Shown here piece by piece: positions 1 through 14,119 of a DNA stretch of 64,000 nucleotides (the stretch's first letter is position 1; the number at the start of each line of letters is the position of its first letter). Both the position numbers and the translations under genes were made by a program. Source of the DNA: Eledone cirrhosa (taxonomy: Eukaryota); contig OZ024742.1 of NCBI GenBank assembly GCA_964016885.1, positions 291,896,001 through 291,960,000 of the forward strand, written 5' to 3'. The notes under the pieces were generated by a model. The model did no database searches. It saw only the letters and a program-made list of their open reading frames with translations, and was not told where the DNA came from.

Positions 1-314
1 ATTGGCCTTGCAATCGAAAGGTTGTGAGTTCAATTCTCAGACCGGGTGATGTGTTTCCTTGAACAAGACACTTTATTTCATTGCTCCAGTTTACTCAGCT
101 GTAGAAATGAGATGATAGGGACTGGAGTCCCTATCATTCCACTGCAAAGTGGTCGTGGAGGTGCCACGGCAAAAAAGCACCCATCACTCACTGTAAATGA
201 GGTTGGTGTTAGGAAGGGCATCCAGCTGTAGAAATCAAGCCAGAATCCTGTTCCCGTCCCACCTTTGCAAGCAGGGAAAAGCGGACGTAAAAATGAGGAT
301 GATGATGATGATGA
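1..314 (+). mobile_element. tRNA-derived SINE family 1 (CORE-like middle, RTE-derived 3' end), 5' end outside window
   Basis: B-box-like GAGTTCAATTC, CORE-like CCTTGAACAAGACACTTT...CAGTTTACTCAGCTGTAGAAATG, 3' half matching the RTE-A 3'UTR, (GAT)n tail; homologous to 17444-17781 and 52336-52661. Confidence 0.8.
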
Positions 315-336
315 TATATATATACATATATATATA

Positions 337-2604
337 GAGACCAAGAGGGAAGCTAGGCGACAAATATACTTAGCTAGAAGGGAAGCAGTGGATAGAAATT
401 CAAGCATGTTTTGAAACGTGAGGACGAGAAACAGGAGGTTTCAAGATTGCGAGGCAGTGTGTCGGAGAGAATTGTGATGTCATTGGGGAGAAGTGTATCC
501 AAAATGATAAAGGTGAGCTTGCCCTCACAAGTGCTAAGAAGAAAGATGCATGGAAGAGCCATTATGATAGATTACTAAATGAGGAGAATGCATGGGAAGA
601 AGAGACACTACCCCAAGTAGACCCTATAGAGGGGCCAGCAGTACAAGTCAGCAGCAGAGTAGTAATAGTAAGTAAGGCAATCAAAGGTATGGAGATGGGG
701 AAGGCAACCGGTCCATTGGGTATAACTGCCGAGATGCTGAAGGCATCTGGGTCTGTAGGTCACACTATAACCACACGTATTGTTAACCAGGTAATACTAG
801 GTGTCATACCAAAAGATTGGTGCAGTAGCATCATTGTCAACTGCTACAAAGGTAAAGGAGATGCACTAGATAGAGGAAACTATAGAGGTATAAAGCTGAT
901 GGACCAGGTCATGAAAGAAACAGAAAGTTATAGCACAGTTGATTAGGCACCGGGTGAAACTAGATGAGATGCAATTTGGGTTTGTACCAGGAAGAGGCAC
1001 CACTGATGCCCTCTTCCTTGTGAGGCAGTTACAGGAAAAGTACCTAGCTAAAAGTAAGCCACTCTACCTGGCATTCGTCGATCTCGAGAAAGCCTTTGAC
1101 AGAGTTCCACGTGCTGTAATCTGGTGGGCTCTTAGAAAACTAGGAGTAGATGAATGGCTTGTGAAAGCTGTACAAGCCATGTATAGGGGAGCAGTCAGCA
1201 AAGTTAGGATTAGCAATGAGTATAGCGAGGGATTTAGCGTACAGGTTGGTGTCCACCAGGGTTCTGTTCTTAGCCCTCTCCTGTTCATGATAGTCCTGCA
1301 GGCAATAATGGAGGAGTTTAAGACCGGATGCCCATGGGAACTCCTGTATGCTGACTACCTCGCACTTATAGCTGAATCTATGGTAGAACTAGAGAAGAAA
1401 TTCCAAACTTGGAAGCAGGGACTAGAAAGAAAGGGTATCAAAGTCAACATGACAAAGAATAAGGTCCTTGTAAGTAGACGAGAAAACAGAACCCAGATCC
1501 CCTCAAGGAAATGGCCTTGCTCAGTATGTAGAAAAGGTGTAGGTAGGAACTCCATTCTCTGCCCCAAATGCAAACAATGGGTACACAAGAGATGTAGTGG
1601 GATCTCAGGAAGCTTAATTAAGAATGTAGGCTTCACATGCAGCAGCTGTGCTGGGACAGCAAGCAGCAAACAGCCACAGGAAACAAGTACCACCAATCTC
1701 TGGGAGGGCTCTGTAGAAACAGTAGACAGCTTCTGCTACCTAGGTGACCGAATTAGCAGCGGAGGTGGGTGTTCAGAAAGTACAATAACTAGGGTAAGAA
1801 CGGGATGGAAGAAGTTCAGGGAACTACTGCTACTGCTAGCTGCAAAAGGCTTCTTCCTCAAAATGAAAGGCAGACTGTATGATGCGTGTATCCGAACAGC
1901 AATGTTACATGGTAGTGAGACCTGGGCGCTGAAGGTGGAATACTTGCGTAGATTAGAAAGAAACGAAGCCTGCATGCTCCGATGGATGTGTAATAGTAAT
2001 ATACGCAAACGACAAAGCATAAATGAATTGAGAGAGACTGAGCATAAGAAGAATCAAATGCTGTGTGCAGGAGAGGTGGTTGCGTTGATATGGACATGTG
2101 ATGCGTATGAAGGATGACAGCTGCATAAAAAGGTGCAGAGCACTAGAAGTCAATGGAAACCGCGGAGTGGGGAGACCCAATAAGACCTGGAATGAGCTGA
2201 TAAAAGCCGACCTTACCCAATTACACCTCTCAAAGGCGATGACACACGACCGTGACCTCTGGCGTCACGCAGTAATACAGAGTACCCGACCTCCCATGGG
2301 TACAAGCTGAAGCATATAGACAATATACTCCCACACCTTCCCACTGCAAGGTGGTTGTGGAGGTGCCATGGCAAAAAAGCACCCAGCCCACACTAAAGTG
2401 GACGTGTAGGCGCCACGGAAAAAGCACCCAGCACTCACTGTAAATGAGGTTGGTGTTAGGAAGGGCATCCAGCTGTAGAAATCAAGCCAAAATCAGATCC
2501 TGTATGAGCAAGGCATGGTCAGCCGACCAGACACTGCCCACAACAGGACAACCCGTCTAACCCATGCTAGCATGGAAGAACGGACATAAAACGGTGATGA
2601 TGAT
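337..2604 (+). mobile_element. RTE-clade LINE subfamily A, 5'-truncated and frameshifted
   Basis: Broken ORFs 689-946, 939-2117 and 2098-2310 with RT motifs ([24 protein letters not shown] mutated to YADY), 3'UTR and (GAT)n tail; TA runs on both sides. Confidence 0.92.
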
Positions 2605-3077
2605 ATATATATGAAATATATATATGATTATAATTGCATCTTTCATCAATGATCTGACAATGGTTTTAGAAATAGATTTCTGTAGCCATTGTTGTTTAGC
2701 AGATAGGAAGTCTGGTGATTTCAAAGATCTTCTAATTCAAATTACCTTCATTGTTGTTGTTGTTGTCTCCACATACTACCAGTTACATTGCCAATTTCGT
2801 TGCTGCATTTGCATACTGGCATAAAATCTTGTAAGATAAACATTTGGACGTCTGTTATAGCCCACACTTGATTATTTTGTAGGAATTATTATACTATAAG
2901 AGTGCTGAACTGGCAAAATTGTTAGAATGCCGGACAAAATGCTTTACATTATTTGTTCCAGCTTTGTTGGTCTGTAACTGGCCGTGTGGGTAGATCTATG
3001 TGGTGTATCTATGCATGCTTTATGTATGTATAGATTGGAAATAGGGTTTTAAGCTCCTTTATCTAAAAAATTAGAGC

Positions 3078-3280
3078 AGTGGATTGGCAGAATCGGTAGT
3101 GCGTCAGACACCATGCTTTGCAGCATAGTTACAGCCCTTTATGTTCTGAATTCAAATCTTGCCGAGGTCAGCTTTGTTTCCATCCTTACTGGGTCAATTA
3201 AATACAGTACCAGTCACACACGCAGATCAATTTAATTAGCTAAAAATTTGCTGGCCTTGTACCTAAATCAGAAACTATTA
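3078..3280 (+). mobile_element. tRNA-derived SINE family 2; further decayed tandem copies span about 2900-3570
   Basis: TGGCAGAATCGGTAG A-box-like head, (G)TTCAAATC B-box-like motif, GCCGAGGTC...TTTCCATCC...AGTACCAGT body shared with 17233-17411 and 60903-61083. Confidence 0.7.
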
Positions 3281-4256
3281 TTTGTTCCGGCATTTTATAT
3301 CGAGTTCAAATCCAGTCAACTCAGCCTTTCATCATTTTTGTGTTGAAAAAAAATGTACCAGTCCTATACTGGGGTTGTTTTAATCGCCCCCCCCCCCTCC
3401 CCTCAATTGCTCACCTTATATCTAAATTTGAATCGAAACGTAGTAGAATAGCAGAATAGTTAGTAGTGCCAAACAAAATTATTTGCACCATTTACTCATC
3501 GCTCTTTATGTTCTAAGTTCAAATTTTTACCTGGCATCTTTTTGATGTTGATAAAATAAAGTGGGGGAGCTGTAAATTTTCACTTTTCCTCATCCTGAAG
3601 CATTATGTATCTGTACCGTACCACTGCAATCTTCTCTCCTCTCCTGCTATCTTTATCTGATATAAAAAAATATATATAAATGTATTTATGCCTGTGTTAC
3701 AATTATATAACCTGATAAAGATAGATCTATTTCATTTTATGAAATATTTTTCTCGCTAATAAATTGAAAAATTTCCTCTGGTTATCTCAACTCACATGGT
3801 AGTAGTTTGCTTCACCTTTAGTCAGATTATTGTTAAATCTAATTGATCTGGATTATCCTGAACTAAAAAGCATATTGAACAAGCAATAAATAGTACGTGA
3901 CTGCTCTTTCTCATATTTTCCCTGCATTTTCTGAATATGAAGGACACCACAAGTCCATAGAATTAAATATGAATGTCCATGTTTAATATTTCAATAACAA
4001 TAACAGTTACAAATGACTATCATCTATGTATAATTATGAAATATGGATATTGTTAGGAATACTTAATGTATCTTATTGTTGTTGGTGTCCTTGTCTGTGT
4101 AAGTCAGGACTTTCCTGAAGGAAATAACTGGGCATGACCTTTCAATATAGATTTTTTTATACTGATTACTCATATCAACTACGAGATTTAGAAAATACTC
4201 ATATGTAGCAGCCTAATTATACAAATATATACACTAGCATAGATATATAAACAAGC

Positions 4257-4288
<32 letters not shown>

Positions 4289-5879
4289 ATGTGTACATGT
4301 GCACACACTTATGATTGAAATGTATCATAATCTGAATTATGAAGCCAAGTCTATCCCTGGAAAGTTAAAAATTGATATAAGAGTGAAACACTTAGTCAAA
4401 TGTGAAGCTTTCATCACACTGAAGGACCACTAGGCTGACTACATCAAGAGACCCAATTGTAAATTACTGAGCTGGGTTTGTATTAGCTAGTAAGAAAATA
4501 TTGAGAGATATAATTGTACATATTAGGAAAAACACATATTACAATAGAGTAATATCACATCAGTCATATCCTGTTTCAAAGATATCCTCTCGCAAAATAG
4601 GGCTAGATTCCCAAGGTTTGACATGGTGTACTTTTACCTCTTGCTTTCTACGACACTATTAGTGCTTTAATATAATTTGTGGGATATCCAATCAATCTTC
4701 TTAGAAAATATTTGATATGGTAGCCACCTACTATAATGGGGCCACATAGATAGTGGCTTCAAAAAAAAGATACAATATATACCCAATGACTCCCCACAAA
4801 ACGTATCTAGGAATAGACCATGGGAAATTATCTAGTTCACCCTCCTCCTCTCTTTAAACAAAAAAACTAAGATATCACAGATATAGTAAGATCTTCAGGA
4901 GGTGCTCTAGCAAAATCAGTTATTCATGTGTCCCTTCCAGTTATTCATGTATACTGCTTGGCTGGGCATTTGTCATTTTTCCTACTGTTGCATTTCTCAT
5001 CTTATTCATTCCTCCTTCATCTTTCCTCCTATACAATGTAACACTTGCCTAACCATCTACCTGGTATGTTGATATCTAGTCATACATATATACTATTCAC
5101 ATAAATACCTAATTGTTATTTACACAGATAAATGTCAACACGAACATATATCTATATATGTAAATTGGCATGTTGATATAAATATATTGATCATATTTGT
5201 GTATGTAGTAAACAGACTAGCTTTCTATATATATAAGTATATATATATTTCTTTTTACTTATTTTCCAATGAAATTTTTTTTCATAATGTAGTTGCCTCT
5301 TCTGTATCTCTTCTCTTTCATGTTGTTTCTCATTTTCTTCCCTATTTTCCCACAAGATCTTTTGCAAATTTTTGTTCAGCCATTTGTTTCCACATGTGCT
5401 TGATGATATGACTAAAAAACATAGCTTGCACATATGCAGGCTTTGTTAGCTCATGAAACCTTTGATTGCAAATCGCTTATGAATCATGATGATTAAATAT
5501 TTGCTTTGTTTATATATTCAGTGCTCTTTTTTTCGTCTTAATATTTTTACTGTACACACACAGACGCACATCTATCTCATCATCAGGACAATGTTCATTT
5601 CATAATTTTAGCAGGCTTTCCTGGCTGGATGTTCTTCCTATTATCATCACCTTTACAGCAGGGATTAGGTGTATTTTTCATGCCATTAGCACTATTAGAG
5701 AGGGTGTCTGTCATCTTCATCTTGTATCAATTCTTTTTCAGAGTGTCTTCTCTATGACTTACAGAGCCCATACCTACCCCGTCTATTAAGATAAAAAGTG
5801 AATGATATATATGTGCGTGTGTGTAAATGTGTATGTATGTTTATGGTTAGGTGGTAGTACTGGTGCCAGGATTTAAAGC

Positions 5880-6056
5880 ATTCCGTTCACCATTTAAGGT
5901 CATTGGCATTAGAAAGTGCATCCTGCTGTAGAAAATCAAGCCAAAACTGGAATGTATGAGCAAGACATGATCACCTGACTTGTCTGTCCTCATACTGTGA
6001 CAGCCTGTCGATCTCATGCAAGCATGGAAAATAAATGTTGAATGTAGATGATAATG
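5880..6056 (+). mobile_element. Decayed RTE 3'-UTR fragment
   Basis: GGCATTAGAAAGTGCATCCTGCTGTAGAAAATCAAGCC...CATGCAAGCATGGAAA matches the RTE 3' end. Confidence 0.65.
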
Positions 6057-7026
6057 AATATATGTGCGTTTGTGTATATATATGTTTGTGTATATATGAA
6101 GTTGAGAAAATATGGATATAACAATAAAATTGTAGAAACCAATAACGAGACAACTACAAAAAAAAAGTTGTGGTATTTTTAAAAAGTGAGGTATTTTTGT
6201 TAAACTTTGTTCAATTAAGAAAACTGTCCATGGCAATTTTGACAATATTTATTGTACTGTAAGGATATTATTGTCTAAGAAATCAATAACTTTTCATTCT
6301 TCCTTTTTTCTTATTTCTTCTTTTTTATAAGATGGTATAGGTGATGATCTTTTATACACAATCATGTTGGTGTTGTTGTTGCTGTCATTATTGCAACTAA
6401 CTAAAATATTCAATTGGTTTTGAGAAAAAAAAAATGAATTGAAATTGTTGATAAAAAATTTAACAAAGTCTGTTATTTATGAAGAAATCTTATTAGTGAA
6501 TAATCTATATTACAATGATTTTACTGGATTTTTTTGGTCCATCTGTCATATAAACATTAGGTTTCATCAAAAACGTTCTAAAATTTTCATTTAGAATTCA
6601 TGGAAGAGAAGTGTTAGATAGAAAGGAAGTAAAATGGAGGAAAGGTTATAAAACAAGTTTTCCATCAAGGGTATTGTCCATCTCTCCTTCTCACTATCTG
6701 TGCACAGGCATACACATAAACACATACATATCATCATCATAATCATTATGAATTTACATCAGTTTTATCAGGATTGCATGGATTGGATTGGTATTCTTCA
6801 GAATGACTTCCCCTGCACTTGTGTTCCTTCCTCATTTCCTCTGTAAGGTGCAGCTTGTTGAGATCAGCTTTCACATATGTCATATTCATCTTCATCATCG
6901 TTGTACATCCACTTTCCCTACTTACATGGGTTGTCACAATCTCTGACTAGACAGGCTGAGTGTGTGTGGGAGGAGGGCAACATCTTGCACATGCATTCCA
7001 TTTTTGGCATGATTTCTACAGTTGGA

Positions 7027-7410
7027 TCATCATCATCATCACTGTTTAATGTCCATTTTTCCACTCTAGCATGGGTTAGACGATTTGTCCCGTTGTGAGA
7101 CAAGCCAGATCAGATGACATGGCTTGGTTTCTACAGCTGGATGCCTTCCCTAATGCCAACCACATTTGCAGTGTGGACTGGATTATTTTTGTTGTGACAC
7201 ACACCTACATGACCACTTTACAGTGTGAGGTGGGGAGGTAGATATAGGAGCATGTGTGAGTGGCAAAGTGTTAGGACGTGGGAGATGTATGGAAGGGGGA
7301 TGGAGGTGAAGGTGGTGCATACTAGATGTATGCCCCAGCCTGTGTTCATGGGAAGGTGGATCTTCTGTATTAATGCATAAGGCCAGAGATCTCAGTCTTG
7401 TGTCATTGTG
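7027..7410 (-). mobile_element. Decayed RTE 3' end
   Basis: (ATC)n, GTCCATTTTTCC..AGCATGGGTTAGACG and TTTCTACAGCTGGATGCCTTCCCTAATGCCAACC are the reverse complement of the RTE 3'UTR. Confidence 0.65.
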
Positions 7411-8039
7411 TGTGTGTATGATCTGAAATCACATTGTAATGAAGAATGGCATATCCTCTATCTGGTAAAAATACAAGTTAAGTCTCCTTCAAATAGTTTC
7501 AGATAAGCCACTACTACTACTACCATCATTACCCTATCACAACTGTTGCCACTGCCACCACCATTCTAGAAAAATAGGCTTGAAACAAACCAATGAAGGA
7601 GTCTATATGCAGTGACTAAACTAACTAGAAATAACAGCGAAATCTTCCTCAAATCACACCCTACTGTCTTGTGATGGATCTATCTAATTTGAATAAGCAA
7701 ATGTCCGATTTCTTTAAGTGTAAATGGTTTGAGTATTCTACACACGCATATACCTGCTATAAAACTGTTTCTTTTATGTAAGAACCTTTATGTTCCAAGC
7801 ACCAGCTTAGTAATGAGTAATTACAGTACTAAAGTTTTCCAAATTTTGCATTATTTTCAAAATTATTTGAAAATCAGAGGCAGTGCCTTTTATGAGAAAA
7901 ATAGTAATGAAAGGGTTACTGTTAAATCAATACTCACGATTGAAAAGTTAATTTCTTTATCATTTGATCATGCTGTGTTCTCTATAATTATATGCTGTTT
8001 CAAATTATCTATATATAAATAAATATCTATTTGTAAATA

Positions 8040-8445
8040 AACATTTGAAATTTGAACAAAGTTAGCTTTTTGGGGAAACTTCCACAGTACAGATAACTAT
8101 AAATAAATATGTTGGAACTCTCTAATCTGGCGTTCAGTAGTCTAGCAGCTTTGATAGTTGGGGTTGGTGATTTGAATCTGGTAGTCATTAGTTTGCATGA
8201 ATGTCCTTTTGGCCAGCTGCAGAACTGCCACCATATTTTGTTTATGTGCACTGCAGCTCATTCTGTGGCTGAACAGATTTTACAAACAAAATCAATCGGC
8301 AGGAGACCCAGGGCTAGATCCCGAGTAAGATGGTTGGATAACATCCATGAGCTTGGCTGGTCTCACTTGGAAATCTAGCTGGATCAGTTGGAGATGGTTG
8401 CTTCTGACAGGACCCTCTTAGGAATAAGTGGGTGAAGAAGATGAG
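8040..8445 (+). mobile_element. Old LINE (RTE-like) C-terminal fragment
   Basis: Translation includes GRRPRARSRVRWLDNI, like the RTE C-terminal GxRxxGRPxxRWxD motif. Confidence 0.5.
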
Positions 8446-8489
8446 GCTGCTATAGTGGTAGAGATATTATAAGTTTTTATACTGGTATT

Positions 8490-10200
8490 TTGTCCTCAAA
8501 TATGCCTCCAAAGTGGACAACAAGTAGTGTAAGTGGTAGTAATGCAGCTAAACATAAACATGACATTAACTCTGTTTCAAAAGGTGTTGATACTGAAAAA
8601 CCCCTAAAAACTAGAAAGTGGTACACCAAAGAGAGCTGTGTGTGCAGCATATACTGTTGGTTTATCGTTAGCCTATAATGAGAAAATTATGAAGATTTGT
8701 TTATAACATTTGTTTATAACATCAAAAGTAAAGGTCAATTGTAAATATAAAAAAGATTTAAAAGAATGTTATTAAACACAGCTAAAAGGGACTCATGCTG
8801 TGCTGATGGCTGTCTAGGGATGATGATGGGAGCATTTCTGGAGAAATGGTCATTGAAAAGGCTAAACAATTTCATGAGCAACTTAATATTTAGGAACACT
8901 TTGAATATTCTGATGGTCGGCTTTACAGGTTTAATCTGACCATATCTGGCCAGAATTTTCTCACCTCTTCTGTTTAAACTGGCCATAACTAGCTGTTCAT
9001 ACTGATGTTAAGGTATTGTTCTCAAAATATATAACATCAAAATCTCATAGATTCAATATTATGTGAGATAAAACCTTTACCATGAAAATACAATAGTATA
9101 TAAAGTAATGTAAATATTAAAGGGTTAAAGTGAGACATGGTAGCAGCCAACATTGAGTGATGAAAAGAAAAGAGCTGATGAAGCTTCTGTTTCACTTTAT
9201 GTGAGTGAGATCACAAATTTAATAGCCAGTGAAAATTTATCACCAGAGCATATCTATAATGTGGATAAAATCACTCTTTTCTGGAAATGTATTTCTCATA
9301 GGATTTTAGCTATAAATACTGATCCTATTCCAAGTCATATAAAGGAGATGAGAGACAGCGACAACTTTAGGTTGCTGTAATGCTGCAGATACTCATAGGT
9401 GCAAACTGTTAGCGATTAGTAAATGTATCAACTCTCGTTCCTTTAAAGGGGTTAATATATATACAGTAATTTACTAAGATAATAAGAAAGGGTGAGTGAC
9501 ATATGCAGTATTTCAAGAGTAGTACAAAAAGTATTTATTTTATTCCGGATCAAGGGCTCATTGTAAAATTAGGGGCTGGCAGATAATTACAAAATTGTTC
9601 TCATTTTGAACAATTGCTCAACCCAACTGAAACCCGTAGGTATTGTGAAAAATAATGTTATTGATGTTTATCTACTCCAAATTGTACATCTCTTATTCAA
9701 CTTAACAATCAAGGAATGTTAAGATTATTAAAAGCAGAACACAGGTCAATTTATGCACCATATTCTTGCATTGGTGACTGTAAAAAATTGTCTTAAGATA
9801 TGTAAGCAATAGCTAGGAGGAGGAAGAATGTGATAGGACACACTAAAAAATGCATGGCATAATCTTTGGCTATCCTGTATGCCTGCAGACAGTCATTGTG
9901 TAGAGAATTACAAGGATTTTAAAGGCTGAACATTGACTTGGATGTCCCAATTGTTAATCAAATGATGAATAAAGAAATTGTAAGTGTGGTACAATGAAGA
10001 GGAGAACAGTGCACATGAAGATGAGTGTGATGAAGCTCAAACTGAGGAAATATTTTCAATTGACAGATTGGCAAGCAACTTGATTCAGGGCTTGAGCAAA
10101 GAAATGTTATACCTGGACAACAAAGGATGAATGTGTATATAATAGAAAAAACACTTGTCAAAGAAAAGCCTAAATACATGAGACAGGTAACACTGCAGAT
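8490..10200 (+). mobile_element. Decayed Tigger/pogo (Tc1-mariner superfamily) transposase remnant
   Basis: Fragments ENLSPEHIYNVDKITLFWK (YNxDETxLFW-like) and CCNAADTHRCKLLAISK, typical of the pogo DDE_1 domain; many stops and frameshifts; boundaries approximate. Confidence 0.7.
8930..9127 (-). mobile_element. piggyBac-type MITE copy nested in the Tigger remnant
   Basis: Reverse-complement homology to 54076-54283 (TCTGGCCAGAATT..., AAACCTTTACCATGAA, GTAATGTAAAT..TAAAGGGTTAA). Confidence 0.6.
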
Positions 10201-11869
10201 GTTTCAGAAGATGACCAACAAGAATACCCAGCAACACTGTAGCAACATCTAGAATCCACTTCTCAACATTTCTTCAGTTCCAGACATCACAGATGACCTA
10301 GATGACCCACAAGGTAATCCAGGTGTTGACCTACCAGATATTACCTGTCCTCAGCTTTAATTTAAATTACATGTAGTAACATAAATACTTTTGGAAGTGG
10401 ATTAAAGTAAAAGTTAATGTAAATAAATTGTTGCTTTTGCTTCATAATTTTTAAGTGGGGTTTTACAGACATTAGTAAGTCCAGTTTTCTACCCTTTTTT
10501 ACTAATCTCTTGTCACAGTAAAATAAACTTGAGCCTAAGGACTCACACAAACATTAAGTAAGCCTGAATTACATTTAAGCCTTTGTAAGTTGTATTGGTA
10601 CTAGTAATGCAGTACAGTATATACATTATTTTGCTATATTTTACCTCGTTTCACTAGTTTGAAAAATCCTCTTTTAGGGATTGATTTATAATGAATATTT
10701 TGATTAAAACAAAAAAAAAAATCAATCTTTATGAAAAGCTGTTATTACAATCCAATATTTAATAGGGCATATACATTCATATATAATAATTATGTACCAG
10801 ACATATAATGGTGGCATTTAATTGACTGTTGTTGACTTATAAAAAATTGTCCTGTAATGGGTAAAAAAAATTTGCATATTCTAATATTTGACTGTTTTGT
10901 TACTATATTTATGATGAAAGACACTCCTATAATTTTTACATGGTTTTTAAAATAATTAAGAATTTGAAGGTATTAAGCTGGTGTTTGGTATACAACACAG
11001 GTTCTTAAATAAAATTATGATAAGTGTTAAGATAAATATAAGTACATTAACCTTTTCATTTGCATATTTCTATGATTTTCAAATTATTTTGAAAATTTTA
11101 AACATTTGGGGAGATTTAATAATACAACTAACTTTCTCATTATTAAGCTGGTGTTCGATACAATTTATCAATGACTCAATTATGAATGTAGGTTTTTAGA
11201 CAAATATAAACACTTTAAAATATACAGCTTAATATTGTAAAACTAAGGATGCTTTCATGCAGGTTGGTAGCAAAAGGTTACTAGTTTTTTGTTTGTCTTT
11301 TTGAATGGCTAAAATGACTTTTTCATGAGCTTGCAAAATGTTTCTGGATTATATTTTTTCTGTATTTCTTTCTCATTTTTTATTTCACTGAAATATAAGA
11401 AATAGTGCATACAGGAAAAAAGTATGATGCGCTATTACAAAGAAGAGAGTAAAGAGTCCTTCAGAATTGAATGAAGTGGTTCATTATTGAGAATGCACTA
11501 ATCAAGCTAGTGAGGCCCTCGAGAAGGATTATAGTAAAAAAACTATCATCCTTTTCATGACGGCCTGTTTGACAGCTGATAAAATAGAGATATATTTTCC
11601 AATCTATACTAGCATGGAAAATGGATGTTAAATCATGATGAGGATGGTGATGGGGATATTACTAATTGTATTCATTTCTTAATCTACAGTCTCTACATAT
11701 TTGATATCAGAAGATTGATGCCGCCACAAATATCATCTTTGAAATGTTTTCTACTGTTCTAATCACCTTTAAATGTTGAAATATAATACAACTGTGGATT
11801 TGTTTTATTCCTTGCCTATTACATATATTTCTCTTTGTCATTACTATATATTCTGTTCCCCAATATGTA

Positions 11870-12660
11870 TGGAGGTGGATGGTCTAATGGTTAGGGTGTT
11901 GGACTCACAATCACAAGATTGTTTTGGATGAAAACTCTACCTTCTATGTTTAATCTGAAAAATGTATAAATACCACTGCCATAATTTGTTTTTTGTTTAT
12001 CTTTCTCTAGGTTTAGGCATGTGGCCTAGTGGTTAGAGTATTGGACTCATTACTATAAAGAAATATATGTAATAGGCATGTGTTTTTGTGTTTATCTTCC
12101 TTTGGGCGTTGTGTCTGGTCAAGTGGTTAGGGTGTTGGACTCACAATTATAAAGTTGTGGGTTCAATTCCTAGACAAGGCAGTATGCTGTCCTTGAGCAA
12201 GGTGTTTTATTTCACGTGCTCTAGTTCACTCAGCTGAAGGTTAACCCCTGCAATGAATTGGCATCTGATCTAGGAGAGATTTTCACGATAGGATTGGAGC
12301 TCCTGCCATTAAAATACTGATAAAAACATCATATGATATGCAGCCTCGGCTAAGATCAGCCAAGCATAATAGGTTTAACAACAATTACAACCATATGTTG
12401 TTTAATGAAGGTTCATGGTTTAGGGTGTTGAGCTCACAATCTTTGTTGTGGGTTCCATTTCTAGGCTGGATGTTGCATTGGCTTCTTGAGCAAATCATTT
12501 CATGTTCACGCTACTCCAGTTCACTCAGTTGAAAATGAGTACCAGCAACAGCTGAGGGTTCATGCTACAATGGGCTGGTGTCCTGTGTGGTGCTCTCAGT
12601 TGTTTACTGCCAATGAAATCGGGTTGAACTTAGGTGAGATGAGCCTCTGTGCTCATGACA
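11870..12660 (+). mobile_element. Cluster of 3-4 decayed CORE-like tRNA-SINE heads/bodies
   Basis: Repeated TGGTTAGGGTGTTGGACTCACAAT...GGGTTCAATTCC...CCTTGAGCAAG...CAGTTCACTCAGCTG. Confidence 0.6.
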
Positions 12661-14119
12661 AACTTAAACAGTCCACTGATACTTGAAATTCCATTCTGTT
12701 CACAAATATCTGATACCATACTGCAAACCAATATCTTTGATTCCATTCTCTTCACCTGTGTCTGTAAAAATCTTCTGAAAGAAAATAATTTGTTTTGAAC
12801 TTTTAATTTCTACTTAACTTTTAACATCAAAACCTACATTAATTACTGGTGTAAATGGCAGTGGACATCATCAGGCTGCAGCCATAGTATTACATGGTTT
12901 ATTTATATATATATATATAAAAAAAAAAAAAAAAAAATATATATATATAGATAGATAGATATACACACACACACATATATGAAAGATTTGGGACCGCGAT
13001 GGATGAGCTCCGGCCGTTTCATCAGCTAGATCCAAACATCTCTAGCTCAGCCATCGGGGTCCCGAATTTTTCATATTACCCACTCTACTACCCTCAGCAT
13101 CGAGTACTCTAGTGAGTAATGGTCTAACTGGTTTTTACCGCCTCCATTCTTATATATATATATACACACACACACACTCCCCCACCCCCATACACACCCC
13201 TACCTCTTGATTGCTAGCTATCAATAAAATGTGACATTCATAGAGAAATGAAGGTCTGCACAGATGGTAGTGACAATACCAGTAAACTATAAGATATGTG
13301 TGGCCTCTGTTATGTTAAATGTGAAAATGTTACACCATTGTAGTAGTTGAAATGACAAAGGGCAGATATTAATGCATTGCCCTGGAAACAATAGAAAATT
13401 ACTGTTGGAGTTAATTACTAGCTCACACATTTATTTCTGGAAAAAATAATCTAATACAATTATTTCTATAGATTTAACAAACATTTTTTTTTCTAAGTGA
13501 GTGAAGGATTTATTTATTTAATTATTATTATTATTTTTTATTATTCAGAACCTGGTATTTTATGTCAATAATATTTTACAAACAAAAGTTACACAATGAT
13601 GTGGAAATATTAAAAAAAGATAAAAACAAAATTAAGTAATGAAAAATATGGGGAAGGGGTAAAGAGCAGATCTGGCTGTATATGTTATGACAATCATCAT
13701 TTTTTTATGTCCATCTTTCCATGTTGGCATGGGTTGGATGAATCTTCTCCAGCACAGCTTTCCAGCATCTGTCATATGCTTTCATCATTTCCACTGATCA
13801 AAGATCAACTCTCACCACTTCTATCAAAATGTTCCTTGATCTTCTTTTGCAGCTTCCTTCCTCTTGCCCCTTTCCTTTGTCATCTCATTGTGAGGCTCAA
13901 CATCAAGAGATCAGCTTTCATCTTTGCCTAAATCTTCCTTAGTCATCCTTTTCCACAGTGTCCTTCCTCTTGGAAAGTCCTAGCACTTCTTCACATAGTA
14001 GTCATTATACAAATTACATGTGTGTACCAGTGCAATCTTTTCTCTCATACACTACATCTGATTCTTCTTATACCCAGTTTTCCCCTCAAATCATCTGTGC
14101 TCTGTCATTCATACACACT

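Noticed and set aside
1064-2180. Antisense ORFs over RTE copies (also at 26649, 33290, 40310, 50004, 50490)
   Set aside because: They are shadow frames recurring only because the element is repeated; no recognisable domains.
11985-12015. Splice-acceptor-like TTTCTCTAG|G
   Set aside because: It is followed by a SINE head, with no convincing open exon or donor.
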